IMG/VR virus record: IMGVR_UViG_3300027771_000019
Span: 1 to 53,855 of that record
Direction: 5' to 3' (one strand)
DNA: 53,855 nt
DNA from: a virus
Lineage: Duplodnaviria; Caudoviricetes
This document shows, one piece after another, positions 1-9,621 of the stretch. The translations under genes and the position numbers were made by a program. Under the pieces are notes generated by a model. It did no database searches. It was not told where the DNA came from and saw only the letters and a list, made by a program, of their open reading frames with translations. Position 1 is the first letter of the stretch. The number at the start of each line of letters is the position of its first letter.

Positions 1-249
1 CAAGTAAAATAACCACTAGCAGCACCCAAGCCTGTCACTGACGCACTTCTCTGGGCCACGTTCATAGCCCCATTTATTATCATATTGCGACCAACAGCGG
101 CTGTTACGTTGGCGTTTGTTCTTGCTCTAGTCATCTGTAATTATCCAATGCTGTCTGCTGCATCACGCTCAGTGCGTGTCTTGTAGTCTGACCTTGCAGT
201 AACCAATGCTACAAATGCTGCCTGATTGCTTGGGATGCTATCTGTAAAG
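1..249. repeat. Terminal overlap with 53607-53855 (circular assembly signature), 242/249 identical
   Basis: Direct comparison by eye: mismatches at 66, 68, 69, 75, 118, 119, 123; 1-65 and 124-249 are identical. Confidence 0.95.
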
Positions 250-419
250 CTGTCATCGTTCATCAGCTTTGTAGTCCACTCTTGTTGCATACGCTTCCAA
301 CAGTTAGCCTTCTTGCCAGCCACTGCGCCTTGCAGCCAATCGTCAATGCTCAACAGATCGTTTAGCAAAATAGCTTGCTCTGTGTCCGTTACGTCTACTG
401 TTAGTGTTATTGTTGCCAT
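141..419 (-). CDS. Hypothetical virion/tail-associated protein (92 aa)
   Basis: ORF with AAGGAGA Shine-Dalgarno, located in the fibre gene cluster. Confidence 0.7.
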   Translation of the reverse strand: MATITLTVDVTDTEQAILLNDLLSIDDWLQGAVAGKKANCWKRMQQEWTTKLMNDDSFTDSIPSNQAAFVALVTARSDYKTRTERDAADSIG

Positions 420-459
420 GTGTTTATCTCCTTTAAGACAGGGTTATTTCGCCCGATTG

Positions 460-1563
460 TTATGCTACTAGGTAGCCGCTGAACCATGATGACCCGTTAT
501 TTCCTACATCGGTTTGGGCGCTACCGCTAACCTGACGTATCTGGACTTTAGCTGTGTCACTCGCATCCATGTCACAAAGTTGTGAAAGATTTAGTGTCCA
601 GAAAACGGCGTCAGAAGCTAAAACACCGGGATCAAAAATATTAGTAAGCTCACGATTACTGGTAAGAATTTTTATTTGATAATAGTCAGCAGCAGTATCA
701 ACATTGTCTAATCTAATCTGTGCATTAAGTTGGTAACGGCCTGTAACGGGGGCTGTAAATGCATTAGATGCAAAGTCTGCATTTTGATCAAAAATCTCAG
801 TTTGAAAAGTGATGTCAACAGTATCAACAGCAAGGTTATTTTGGTCTGCATTTTTACGAACCAAAAACGCTGGCTGTTTTGGCATATTAACTATACCAGA
901 GGCATCAATCGTCAATGCCTCCACACCTGCAGTTTCAACTTTTAAAGTGTCAGTGTTATGATTATAATCTATCTGCCCAATATACGTTCCAGTTCCACTT
1001 GTTGCGTCTGCAAAAAATAAACTGCTACGACTTCCAGCGCCACTAAAAATTGTTACTCCATTATGGCCGCTTCCTGTGCCAACAACTAATCCCGGCCTTC
1101 CACTTGCTGTTGTTATAGCACCTGCCGAAGCTGTTCCTATACCTACATCATTAGTACCGCCATCAACAAACAACATGTTAGCATTGCCATTTGATTCAAC
1201 ACGAAAATCTACATCAGCGGAACCCTCATTAAATACTGCACCACCATTAGCTGTGACTACGCCTGTGGCTGTAACAACGTCCATTGTAGTAGTGCCAGTA
1301 AAAGTCTGAGCATTAAGCTCAAAAGCACTATGGCTAATAATATCACAAACATCATCCGCACTAGCACCACTAGCAAGCACCACATCTGAGCCATTGGTTG
1401 CTACAAAATCCGCAGGACTTAGGTGTGAGCCGTTAAGATAGACATCCACAAACCCTGCAGTATAGCCAGCAGTAGCAAACGTAGTCTGTCCAGAGGTAGC
1501 AGTGAAGCTCTCTCTGTGTTGTGTAGCCTGTGGTACAGGGGTTGCGCCTAAATATCCAGCCAT
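460..1563 (-). CDS. Fibre/receptor-binding protein with C-terminal C1q/TNF-like domain
   Basis: N-terminal FTATSGQTTF..VDVYLNG virion-fibre module; C-terminal PAFLV...FTAPVTGRYQL...FSGYLV is C1q-like. Confidence 0.7.
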   Translation of the reverse strand: MAGYLGATPVPQATQHRESFTATSGQTTFATAGYTAGFVDVYLNGSHLSPADFVATNGSDVVLASGASADDVCDIISHSAFELNAQTFTGTTTMDVVTATGVVTANGGAVFNEGSADVDFRVESNGNANMLFVDGGTNDVGIGTASAGAITTASGRPGLVVGTGSGHNGVTIFSGAGSRSSLFFADATSGTGTYIGQIDYNHNTDTLKVETAGVEALTIDASGIVNMPKQPAFLVRKNADQNNLAVDTVDITFQTEIFDQNADFASNAFTAPVTGRYQLNAQIRLDNVDTAADYYQIKILTSNRELTNIFDPGVLASDAVFWTLNLSQLCDMDASDTAKVQIRQVSGSAQTDVGNNGSSWFSGYLVA

Positions 1564-1571
1564 TGTTTATT

Positions 1572-3308
1572 TTATCCTTCTAGTGTCGTTATACGTGCTG
1601 CTAAGGCATCGTTCTTTGCGGAGAGTTCTTGGATTGCTTTGACTAAGACGGGTATAAACTTACTATATTGTAGACCCATCTGTTTACCATCAGGTGAAAC
1701 ACTAGAAATTAAATTACTGTTAGTATCTTTATTATAACCTGCCGCAAGTTCTAAAGTTTCTACTTCCTGTGCTTTAAAACCAACCTCTAATTTATCTTTT
1801 TTGTGAGTACCATCAGGGGTTTGTGCGTCTAAATCATAATCATCAGCATTCTTATCACCATAGTTAGAACGCTCATCCCATTTATAAGTAATAGGATTAA
1901 GTGACTTAACAAAATCTAACCCAATGTCTAAAGCTGTAAAATCTGTTTTATCACGTTGGTCAGAAGTAACTGTCCAATCTACTTTAATGTGGGCAGAGGT
2001 TATGTTATTATCGCCGAGTCCTATAGCATTACTACCTGTAGTTTGTGGCCCACCCGGACTTCCTGTTCTACCAGCATCGTGACCTAAATACAAATTATTA
2101 CCGCCACCAGTAACTTGGTTTCCAGAATCCTTGCCCAAAGCTGTATTTGAAGAACCCGTAGTAACAAGTAGAGAGTTACGACCAACGGCGGTGTTACCAG
2201 TGTTAGCTGCTGCAGATAAAGCCCGATAGCCAACGGCTGTATTAGAAATAGCCGTTTGCGTGGCGTCACCCGCCTCAAAGCCTATATATGTATTTTCAGA
2301 CCCAGTTGTGACACTAGTTCCAGCACTCGTACCCAAAAAACTGTTGCTGTGTCCACCACCTTGCAAATTAAGACCTGACTCAGCACCTACTGCCGTGTTA
2401 CCAGCACCTGTAAGTTTAGCTCCAGTAATACCTTGACCTGATTGATGGCCTACAAAAGTTGATGCGTCTGCGGTAGTTGCAAATACTCCTGCTAGTCCAC
2501 CGACAAAGGTGTTCTGTACGCCAGTTGTGAGTTCTTTACCTGCTTGTTGACCAACTGCTGTGTTAAGTCCCAATGCACCAGCATTTAAAGTTTTTAATGC
2601 CTCAAAGCCAACGGCTACGTTTCTACCGTGACCGTCTTCCGTACTTAATGCATCATTACCTATAGCTACGTTTTCTTGAGTAGTGTTACTTGCTGCTCCT
2701 AACGCACCAAATCCTACAGCAACATTAAGACCATCCCCAGAAGTTATTCCATCGCCTGCAAGGCCACCGATAAGGGTGTTTTTAACAGAGGTTGTGACTG
2801 CAATTCCAGCTTGCGAACCAACAGCAGTATTATAAGATGAACCATCAGCAGGTTCTAAGTTTCTTAAAGCATTAGAACCTATAGCTGTGTTATCATCTCC
2901 GTCTATGTTTGTAGATAGAGCTAAGTTACCCATTCCTACATTGTTGATGCCAGAAGTATTTGCTAGACCTGCTGCAAATCCAAAGAAATTGTTTCCCGGA
3001 CCTGTAGTTGCTAATCCTGCTTGATAACCAAAGAAGCTACTTTGACTGGATGTAGTTATAGCAGCACCTGCTTGATATCCTACAGCAGTTATTTGATCAC
3101 CAGTAGTAATTGCAGTACCTGCCTCATCGCCCACGACCACGTTAAAATTACCGCCAGAGGCAATGCTATCTCCTGCATTTACACCAAGCCGTAGATTAGA
3201 TGTGCCTGATGTTTTAGAAGAGTAGTCTCCACCAACACCAACATCACCTAGAATGTCACCTGTAGTAACATTTAGTCCAACGGCTTTATTGCCAATATAT
3301 CCTGCCAT
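1572..3308 (-). CDS. Tail fibre with Gly/Asn-rich beta-helical repeats and C-terminal intramolecular chaperone (peptidase S74-like)
   Basis: NTAVG/NVAIG repeats; TSDQRDK cleavage motif, then GFKAQEV and a terminal coiled coil. Confidence 0.8.
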   Translation of the reverse strand: MAGYIGNKAVGLNVTTGDILGDVGVGGDYSSKTSGTSNLRLGVNAGDSIASGGNFNVVVGDEAGTAITTGDQITAVGYQAGAAITTSSQSSFFGYQAGLATTGPGNNFFGFAAGLANTSGINNVGMGNLALSTNIDGDDNTAIGSNALRNLEPADGSSYNTAVGSQAGIAVTTSVKNTLIGGLAGDGITSGDGLNVAVGFGALGAASNTTQENVAIGNDALSTEDGHGRNVAVGFEALKTLNAGALGLNTAVGQQAGKELTTGVQNTFVGGLAGVFATTADASTFVGHQSGQGITGAKLTGAGNTAVGAESGLNLQGGGHSNSFLGTSAGTSVTTGSENTYIGFEAGDATQTAISNTAVGYRALSAAANTGNTAVGRNSLLVTTGSSNTALGKDSGNQVTGGGNNLYLGHDAGRTGSPGGPQTTGSNAIGLGDNNITSAHIKVDWTVTSDQRDKTDFTALDIGLDFVKSLNPITYKWDERSNYGDKNADDYDLDAQTPDGTHKKDKLEVGFKAQEVETLELAAGYNKDTNSNLISSVSPDGKQMGLQYSKFIPVLVKAIQELSAKNDALAARITTLEG

Positions 3309-3664
3309 TAGCTGTCAATCTCCATGTAGCTCATAATCACTGAAACCTTGTCAGCTACAGAACAATCAATCTTAATAACATCACCAGCGTTAGCTACGAT
3401 CTTACCATCAAGTACACTCAAGGAAGCACCTACTGGTATAGCTGCAGATTTAATTAAGTGTGCTGTTGTATTCTGTGTTTGAGATGTCTGAGTAGTTGTA
3501 CTAACTAAAGTAACAGAAGCAGTAACTTGTGCTGTGTGTACGTTAGCTAGAGTTAGTCCTAAGATAATAACCCTAGTGCTACTCTGCACAGTGTATAATG
3601 CTTCAGGTGTACCAGCACTAGCTGGCATCACATCGTGTGTAATTGTCTTAAATGTATTAGCCAT
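3308..3664 (-). CDS. Small virion structural protein (tail/fibre connector-like)
   Basis: MANTFK... beta-rich 118 aa protein between fibre genes. Confidence 0.6.
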   Translation of the reverse strand: MANTFKTITHDVMPASAGTPEALYTVQSSTRVIILGLTLANVHTAQVTASVTLVSTTTQTSQTQNTTAHLIKSAAIPVGASLSVLDGKIVANAGDVIKIDCSVADKVSVIMSYMEIDS

Positions 3665-3678
3665 TTGTTTTTCCTATA

Positions 3679-6066
3679 TCATCCTAATGCAATCGCCAGT
3701 GCCGTGGCATCGTCTATCGTTGAAATAATACCAGCAGCAGAAGGTAATGTCAAGGTTACATCTGCTGTAGAAGCTGGGCCAATCAAAGTTACTTTGTTAG
3801 TGCCATTATCTGAATCCTCAAAGAACTCAACAAAACCAGCAGACGTTGCACCATTCTTTACAGACACACCTGCATTAGATATTGATTTAGCTGTAAATGT
3901 AGCTACACCAGTTTGTGTTAATGTACCAGCAACATCTGCATTGCCTGAAAGATCAAGAGTAGCTGCATCTAACTCACCAGTTACAGTAAAGTTACGTAGT
4001 CCTGTGTAGTCTTTATTTGAGTCTAGTATGACAGCCTTAGATGCTACTGCTGTACCTACTGCTGTTGAACCTATGTCAAGAGCATTAAGTTCTCCTACAA
4101 CTGCAGTAATACCGTCTAATGCGTTTAGTTCTTCTGGTGTACTTGTGACTGCAGTGTTACTTGCTGCAGCTAATACAGGAACAGTACCAGATTGGTTAGG
4201 TAAAGTAATTGTCCTATCTGCTGTAGCATCTACAACTGTAAGTGTAGTTTCGTGAGCATCTGCAGTAGCACCTTCAAATACAACAGCATTGTTAGCACTC
4301 ATTGTAACTGAGTCTACAGTACTAAGTGTACCAGTTACAGAAATATTAGTAGCAGAAAGTGTGCCTGTACTTGGGTTATACTTTAGATCACCGTCTGATT
4401 CTAAACCTAAGTTACCACCGTCTAAGTCTCCACCTGCAGTAAATACAAGGGCGTTGTTTTCATTAGTACTTTCATTGTCAGTTATTGTAACTGTAGTAGC
4501 AACTGCAGACGTACCTGAGTAACCACTAGAAGTAATAGTACCTAGTGAACTACCTGCATCTGCAAATGTAATTGTACCACCATCTGCATCTATAGTTACA
4601 TTACCTGCAACATCAACATCTAAGTTGCCAGAACTAAGAGCTATTGTAGTACCATCAATATTAAAGTTATCAATGTCTATACCTGCATCAGCAGTAATTT
4701 TACCAGTGACAGCAAGAGTAGAGGCCATGTCTACTGCACCGTCTATGTCAACTACGTCTAGATTAGCAGTACCGTCTACGTCTAAGTCTGTACCAACAAA
4801 TAACTTTTTAGCTATACCAACACCACCGTCAACAATTAAAGCACCTGAAGTTGAGCTAGTTGAGTCAGTAGCAAGGTTTAAATTAACAGCAGCACTTGTA
4901 TCAAGAGATGTTACAGTTGCGGCAGCAGCAGTTCCAGAACCAAGAATACCGTCTAATGTACCAGTAAATCCAGTAGCTGTTATTTGATCAGTTGCAGTAA
5001 TACCATCAACAAATAAGTTAGCCCAACGAACACTGGTTGTACCAAGATCATCAGTGCTGTCTGTGTCAGAAACAATATTTGAACCGCTTGTGATCCCACC
5101 AGTTGCTACCTGTGTAGCTGTAGTAGTTAGGACGCCAGTAACTAAGGCGGTAGTAGCCATATTTACTGCACCATCAATGTCTACTACATCAAGATTAGTT
5201 GTGCCATCAATATCTATATCACCAGAGATGTCTAAGGCTGTACCAATTAATGTTTGTGTCAGTGTTAATTGACCATTAGCAGCAATAGTAATAGCGTCTA
5301 CATCAGATGCAGAGCCAATGGTCTTACCATCACCAATAATAATATCATCAGTAAAGGTAGCAATACCAGTTACACCTAGGGTGCCAGTAATAGTAGCATT
5401 TTCATCTATGTCTAGTGTGTCAATATGTGCAGTGCCATTAATAAATAAATCACGCCACTCTTGACCTGACGAACCTAAGTCAAATGAACCATTAGCACCG
5501 TTGGGAATAATGCTAGAGTTTACATCAGCACCAAACACAACGTTATCAGAGGCTGCATCACCAAGAGTAAGAGTACCACCGTTAAACGTTGTAGTACCTG
5601 TTACTGTAAGATTACCACCAACACCTAAATTACCTGAGATGTCTACAGCACCATTCATGTCAATAGTAGTAGCTGCAATCTGTATCTCTGTGTCTGCTAC
5701 AATATCAAGCTGACCGTCAGCACTAGAATTAATATAAATAGCAGTATCACGGAACTGTACTTTTTCTGTCGTAGTAAGAAGTAAATCATCAGAGAACTGA
5801 AAATAGTCTTCATCCTCCATCCAAGTAAGCAAACCGTCATTACTTCCACCATCAAAGGTAACAGCTACATCAACACCATTAGTGCCAATAGTAATAGCAG
5901 TACCTAATAGCTTAGTAATAGCCCCACCTTCTGCAGCAGTACCATCATGGGAGTGGCCATCAGTAGCAAATGCAGCTAAAAGCTGATTGTACTCATCATT
6001 AAAGAGGTTAGCGGTAATGGTATCTCCATCAGTGAATGATGATTGTCTTGTGTATTCAGTACCCAT
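3679..6066 (-). CDS. Tail fibre/tail spike protein (795 aa)
   Basis: Thr/Gly/Asp-rich repeats (LDVDGTANLDVVDIDGAV); N-terminal YTRQSSF..GDTITA..FNDEYNQL attachment-type domain; follows the nozzle gene. Confidence 0.75.
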   Translation of the reverse strand: MGTEYTRQSSFTDGDTITANLFNDEYNQLLAAFATDGHSHDGTAAEGGAITKLLGTAITIGTNGVDVAVTFDGGSNDGLLTWMEDEDYFQFSDDLLLTTTEKVQFRDTAIYINSSADGQLDIVADTEIQIAATTIDMNGAVDISGNLGVGGNLTVTGTTTFNGGTLTLGDAASDNVVFGADVNSSIIPNGANGSFDLGSSGQEWRDLFINGTAHIDTLDIDENATITGTLGVTGIATFTDDIIIGDGKTIGSASDVDAITIAANGQLTLTQTLIGTALDISGDIDIDGTTNLDVVDIDGAVNMATTALVTGVLTTTATQVATGGITSGSNIVSDTDSTDDLGTTSVRWANLFVDGITATDQITATGFTGTLDGILGSGTAAAATVTSLDTSAAVNLNLATDSTSSTSGALIVDGGVGIAKKLFVGTDLDVDGTANLDVVDIDGAVDMASTLAVTGKITADAGIDIDNFNIDGTTIALSSGNLDVDVAGNVTIDADGGTITFADAGSSLGTITSSGYSGTSAVATTVTITDNESTNENNALVFTAGGDLDGGNLGLESDGDLKYNPSTGTLSATNISVTGTLSTVDSVTMSANNAVVFEGATADAHETTLTVVDATADRTITLPNQSGTVPVLAAASNTAVTSTPEELNALDGITAVVGELNALDIGSTAVGTAVASKAVILDSNKDYTGLRNFTVTGELDAATLDLSGNADVAGTLTQTGVATFTAKSISNAGVSVKNGATSAGFVEFFEDSDNGTNKVTLIGPASTADVTLTLPSAAGIISTIDDATALAIALG

Positions 6067-8070
6067 TTAACGTCTCGCTCCTAATTGATATTCTAACTGA
6101 AACCCTTTAAGTGAATAAGGGGCTGTTGTTAAATTGTCATTTACTTTTAATGCAACAGAAAACCCTGAACCCTCTACTGATTGTCTTACTAAAGGTTGTG
6201 AGGGTCCACCAAACACAAACCTAGCAGTACTACCTAAAGTACTAAACAAAGCAGAACCAAACTGAGAGAATGTCTGAGTAGAATCAAAAGGGTATGCATT
6301 AGGTCTAGTAGAGTCAGCAGCTTCATTATCGTATCTTATAAATAAATCAGCACTAATAGTAGACTCAGGTTTAAAATTAACAATAACTCTTTGCATATGT
6401 TTTCGGATACCTGTATCACCAAAACTCATATCAGCACTTCTATACCTACCTAATATATCTGTACCATCAAAAGTATTACCTTTTTCTTGCCTATGTACAA
6501 AGCCGCTAAAGTCGCCATGTAATACTATTACGTTACCTTCTTCAACAAAGCTATCAGTAGCTGAAGGTTTAATACCACGTATCTCAGAAAACTCATACTT
6601 ATCTGCTTTCATCACACAGATAATACCCCTTGTAATACTTTCTGCTTGATTAGCTTTAGTAAAGAACAATCTATACTGTGTCTTATCTTGTATAACAACA
6701 CTCTCAAAAAGAGCGGAGTCTCTTATGTTTAAATCAAATACTGACTGTACGTTCTTACTAATAGTACCAAGTTCGGTGTCACCAATTCTTGCAGTAGCAG
6801 CGACAGTACGAAGACCATCAGGCCCAAGGAATAGTAAATCACCACCAAATTCTTGAATGGTGTCACCATTAACACAACCAATGTTTCTAGTAACAGCAGT
6901 CATAGAAAAATCAGCCTGACTATTGCCTGTTAATTTAAAAATTCTATTAGAACAAAAAATAAATAAACTATCACGAAAAACTTTTAAACCTGTAATGTCA
7001 TCGTCAACTCGGATGCTACCTGCTCCAAGTGCTACAGAAAAGTTATCTTCGTCAAAAGGTAAACTAAAAATAACTTCTTGTGGTGTACCTGACATTCCTG
7101 CATAAAACATATGTTCTTTAAAAGAAGCAACAAACTTAGCACCCGTAACTGTAGGAGGAAATAAATCAGCAACGGTAGCACCAATTTTATGTTCAGCCGC
7201 AGTAGTTCCACTAGCAGCCCTAGTCACTCCTGTAAAAGTAGTAGCAGTAACTCCTGTATATGTAAATATTTCGCTATTGATTAATACTGATTGAGTACCA
7301 GAACTAGGATCAATAAATCCTGCAGTGCTATCTACTGTAATTGTACCTGAACCTGATAGCGTTGCATCAGCAGCAATATCAGCACCTAGTGATGTAGTTT
7401 CACCTGAACCAACATTAGAAGAAGAGATGTCTGTAGCAGCAATAGCACTATTAAAAACTGTAGGTGCATTTGTTTCGTCTACAACAATAATCTTATCATT
7501 GCCATCAAAGTTAAATCTTTCAAACCTATACTTTACTGCGTTTGTTCTACCCGTATCTCTTACTGTCCAATTCTCTGAAATAATAGTATTAAGTGCGTAG
7601 GCTGCTGCAGTAGTGCTAGAAGTTGCACGTGTGACTCCTGTAAAAGTAGTGCTTGTAACTCCTGTGTAGGTAAATATTTCAGAAGATATTTGTAGCGTAC
7701 CACTAGAAGAAAACCCTGTAGTGCTATCTACTGTAATAGTACCAGAGCCTGTCATACCTGTAGCTGCTAGTATCTTTACAGACAACTCCGTAGAGGCAGC
7801 ACTAAATATCTTTTCACCTCTGGCTGCTACTACTTTGTTTGCAAAGTTAGCTACCATTAATACTTTTTCAGAGCTGGTTGATGTAAAAGGAACTACGTGA
7901 TTTACAAACTTACTATAGCCATCTATTCTTCTGTAGCCACCCTCAATGTCTGGTTCAAAGTTTTCTAGTTCCAGTGCCTCTCCCGGTTGCATAAGAAAAG
8001 TAGAACGATTTAAAACTAAACCACCCTCACAGTTAAATGCTATTGGTTGTACTTGAGAACTATCAGGCAT
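6067..8070 (-). CDS. Tail nozzle / tubular protein B-like (DNA stabilisation protein)
   Basis: Size, beta-propeller-like sequence (NIGCVNGDTIQEFGGDLLFLGPDG) and position after the adaptor. Confidence 0.7.
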   Translation of the reverse strand: MPDSSQVQPIAFNCEGGLVLNRSTFLMQPGEALELENFEPDIEGGYRRIDGYSKFVNHVVPFTSTSSEKVLMVANFANKVVAARGEKIFSAASTELSVKILAATGMTGSGTITVDSTTGFSSSGTLQISSEIFTYTGVTSTTFTGVTRATSSTTAAAYALNTIISENWTVRDTGRTNAVKYRFERFNFDGNDKIIVVDETNAPTVFNSAIAATDISSSNVGSGETTSLGADIAADATLSGSGTITVDSTAGFIDPSSGTQSVLINSEIFTYTGVTATTFTGVTRAASGTTAAEHKIGATVADLFPPTVTGAKFVASFKEHMFYAGMSGTPQEVIFSLPFDEDNFSVALGAGSIRVDDDITGLKVFRDSLFIFCSNRIFKLTGNSQADFSMTAVTRNIGCVNGDTIQEFGGDLLFLGPDGLRTVAATARIGDTELGTISKNVQSVFDLNIRDSALFESVVIQDKTQYRLFFTKANQAESITRGIICVMKADKYEFSEIRGIKPSATDSFVEEGNVIVLHGDFSGFVHRQEKGNTFDGTDILGRYRSADMSFGDTGIRKHMQRVIVNFKPESTISADLFIRYDNEAADSTRPNAYPFDSTQTFSQFGSALFSTLGSTARFVFGGPSQPLVRQSVEGSGFSVALKVNDNLTTAPYSLKGFQLEYQLGARR

Positions 8071-9005
8071 TAAATAACACCAGACATAAAACTAATAGAA
8101 CCACGGGGTCTTAATACAACAGTTGATCTAACATACTCAAACTTATTAATAAGTAAGCTTTGCATATTTTTAATGCCTTGTTCAAAACGTTCAAAATTTA
8201 ACTGGTACTGTTGGGTTTCACCTCGGTATTGATAAACAAAAGCAGAAGCACCATCTGTAATAACAGGTTTAAATCTGTCTGGGATAGTAGTAATATCACC
8301 ATGTGCAGATAGGTCATCAGGGAATGTAAAAAAATCAAAAGCTAGTGTATATGCTTTGTCTGGATATGGGTGTAAAAGATAGTTATTGTCAGGAGTTCTA
8401 ACAATACTTCTAGGTACACCACCATCTATAAACTGCGTTACTGCAACACCACTTGCATGTACAGCAGCGGTAGTACTATTAGCACCACGTGTGCATCCTG
8501 TAATATCATTACCTGATATAGCAGTATAAGTAACTTGCTCACTTCCTATGTGAACAGTACCAGAAGTATCTAGCCCTGTAGTAGAAACTAAAGTTAATGT
8601 AGTAACAGAATTAGAATGAGAACCATCTAAAGTTGTTGCAACAACATCATCTTCTTGATCCGCAAATCCATTTTGAATATACTCATTATAGTTCAACGTT
8701 GTAAGACTATTACCCGAAGCATTAAGATCCTCATCTTTTTTTATTCTGGCTGTACTATAATCAATAGATTTTGTATTTGCAGGTATTGTATATCTGCTTT
8801 GTCCTGCTACTAAAGCAGAAGAGTTGGTAGCATGATTAAAAGAATAACCAAACTCTCTTTGATTAATATATCTAATTGACTCATTAACAGCAGCTTTACA
8901 CTGTGTTTGAACACCCCTTGATCCCGTAAAGTTAGCAGAGGTAAGCTCTACTTCATTCATACGAGTTATAACACTGTTAGTTAATATAAGAAATGTAAGA
9001 GCCAT
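8070..9005 (-). CDS. Head-tail adaptor / tail tubular protein A-like
   Basis: MALTFLILTNSVITRMNE N-terminus, HPYPDKAYTL motif, position after the capsid genes. Confidence 0.7.
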   Translation of the reverse strand: MALTFLILTNSVITRMNEVELTSANFTGSRGVQTQCKAAVNESIRYINQREFGYSFNHATNSSALVAGQSRYTIPANTKSIDYSTARIKKDEDLNASGNSLTTLNYNEYIQNGFADQEDDVVATTLDGSHSNSVTTLTLVSTTGLDTSGTVHIGSEQVTYTAISGNDITGCTRGANSTTAAVHASGVAVTQFIDGGVPRSIVRTPDNNYLLHPYPDKAYTLAFDFFTFPDDLSAHGDITTIPDRFKPVITDGASAFVYQYRGETQQYQLNFERFEQGIKNMQSLLINKFEYVRSTVVLRPRGSISFMSGVI

Positions 9006-9027
9006 TATGTTTCCTTAAGATGCACCA

Positions 9028-9054
9028 AAGGGGCCAGCGTGTAGCCAGCCCCTT
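9028..9054 (-). terminator. Putative intrinsic terminator hairpin after capsid/decoration genes
   Basis: Minus strand AAGGGGCUGGC-UACAC-GCUGGCCCCUU with G-U pairs; U-tract is short. Confidence 0.5.
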
Positions 9055-9070
9055 AAGTATTTATTTTAAG

Positions 9071-9607
9071 TTACGCCAACAGATCACGGTCTACTTCAGA
9101 AGCAGATTTGTCTGCTGTGATGTCATCCATGATAATGCAGATTGCATATACACGAATAATACCACCAGTGATAGTTCCGCTAGATGCGTGAACTTCTACA
9201 TCAAGGGTATCGGCTGCTGCAGTAAAGAAAGGCAGAAGTGTTGCTACACCCGAAGACATAGTAGCAGTAGTGTGATCACCTACAGACGCACCATCATAAT
9301 CAAATGCTGCTGAAAACTGATCAATATCACCTCCCGTTTGACCCAGAAGTAGTGCTGAGTCAGTCGTTGTACCTTCCATTGCAGTAACAACCTTGATACC
9401 TGCATGTAGAACCATTGTGTTGGTTGGCAAAGCAATAGCTTGAATGATGTCATTCGCTGCAATAGCCGTACCACCGTTTTGCAAGATAGCGTCAGCAAAA
9501 TCAATGTCATTTTGCAAAACCGAAATTGCACCACGGAGTTTCTTGTTTCCCGTTCCAGCATTGTTTGATGTTGAATCGGAGTTTGTACTCATTGTAATTG
9601 TAGCCAT
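9071..9607 (-). CDS. Capsid decoration/cement-like protein
   Basis: 178 aa beta-rich protein immediately downstream of the major capsid gene, GGGGAG SD. Confidence 0.55.
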   Translation of the reverse strand: MATITMSTNSDSTSNNAGTGNKKLRGAISVLQNDIDFADAILQNGGTAIAANDIIQAIALPTNTMVLHAGIKVVTAMEGTTTDSALLLGQTGGDIDQFSAAFDYDGASVGDHTTATMSSGVATLLPFFTAAADTLDVEVHASSGTITGGIIRVYAICIIMDDITADKSASEVDRDLLA

Positions 9608-9621
9608 AACGTATTACTCCC

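Noticed and set aside
1-249. Diversity-generating retroelement (TR/VR pair) at the fibre gene
   Set aside because: No reverse transcriptase in the genome; mismatches are not adenine-specific and lie at the gene's 5' end; the repeat is at the contig ends
438-458. Short stem GGG-CGAAATAA-CCC between fibre genes
   Set aside because: Too short to distinguish from chance without homologues
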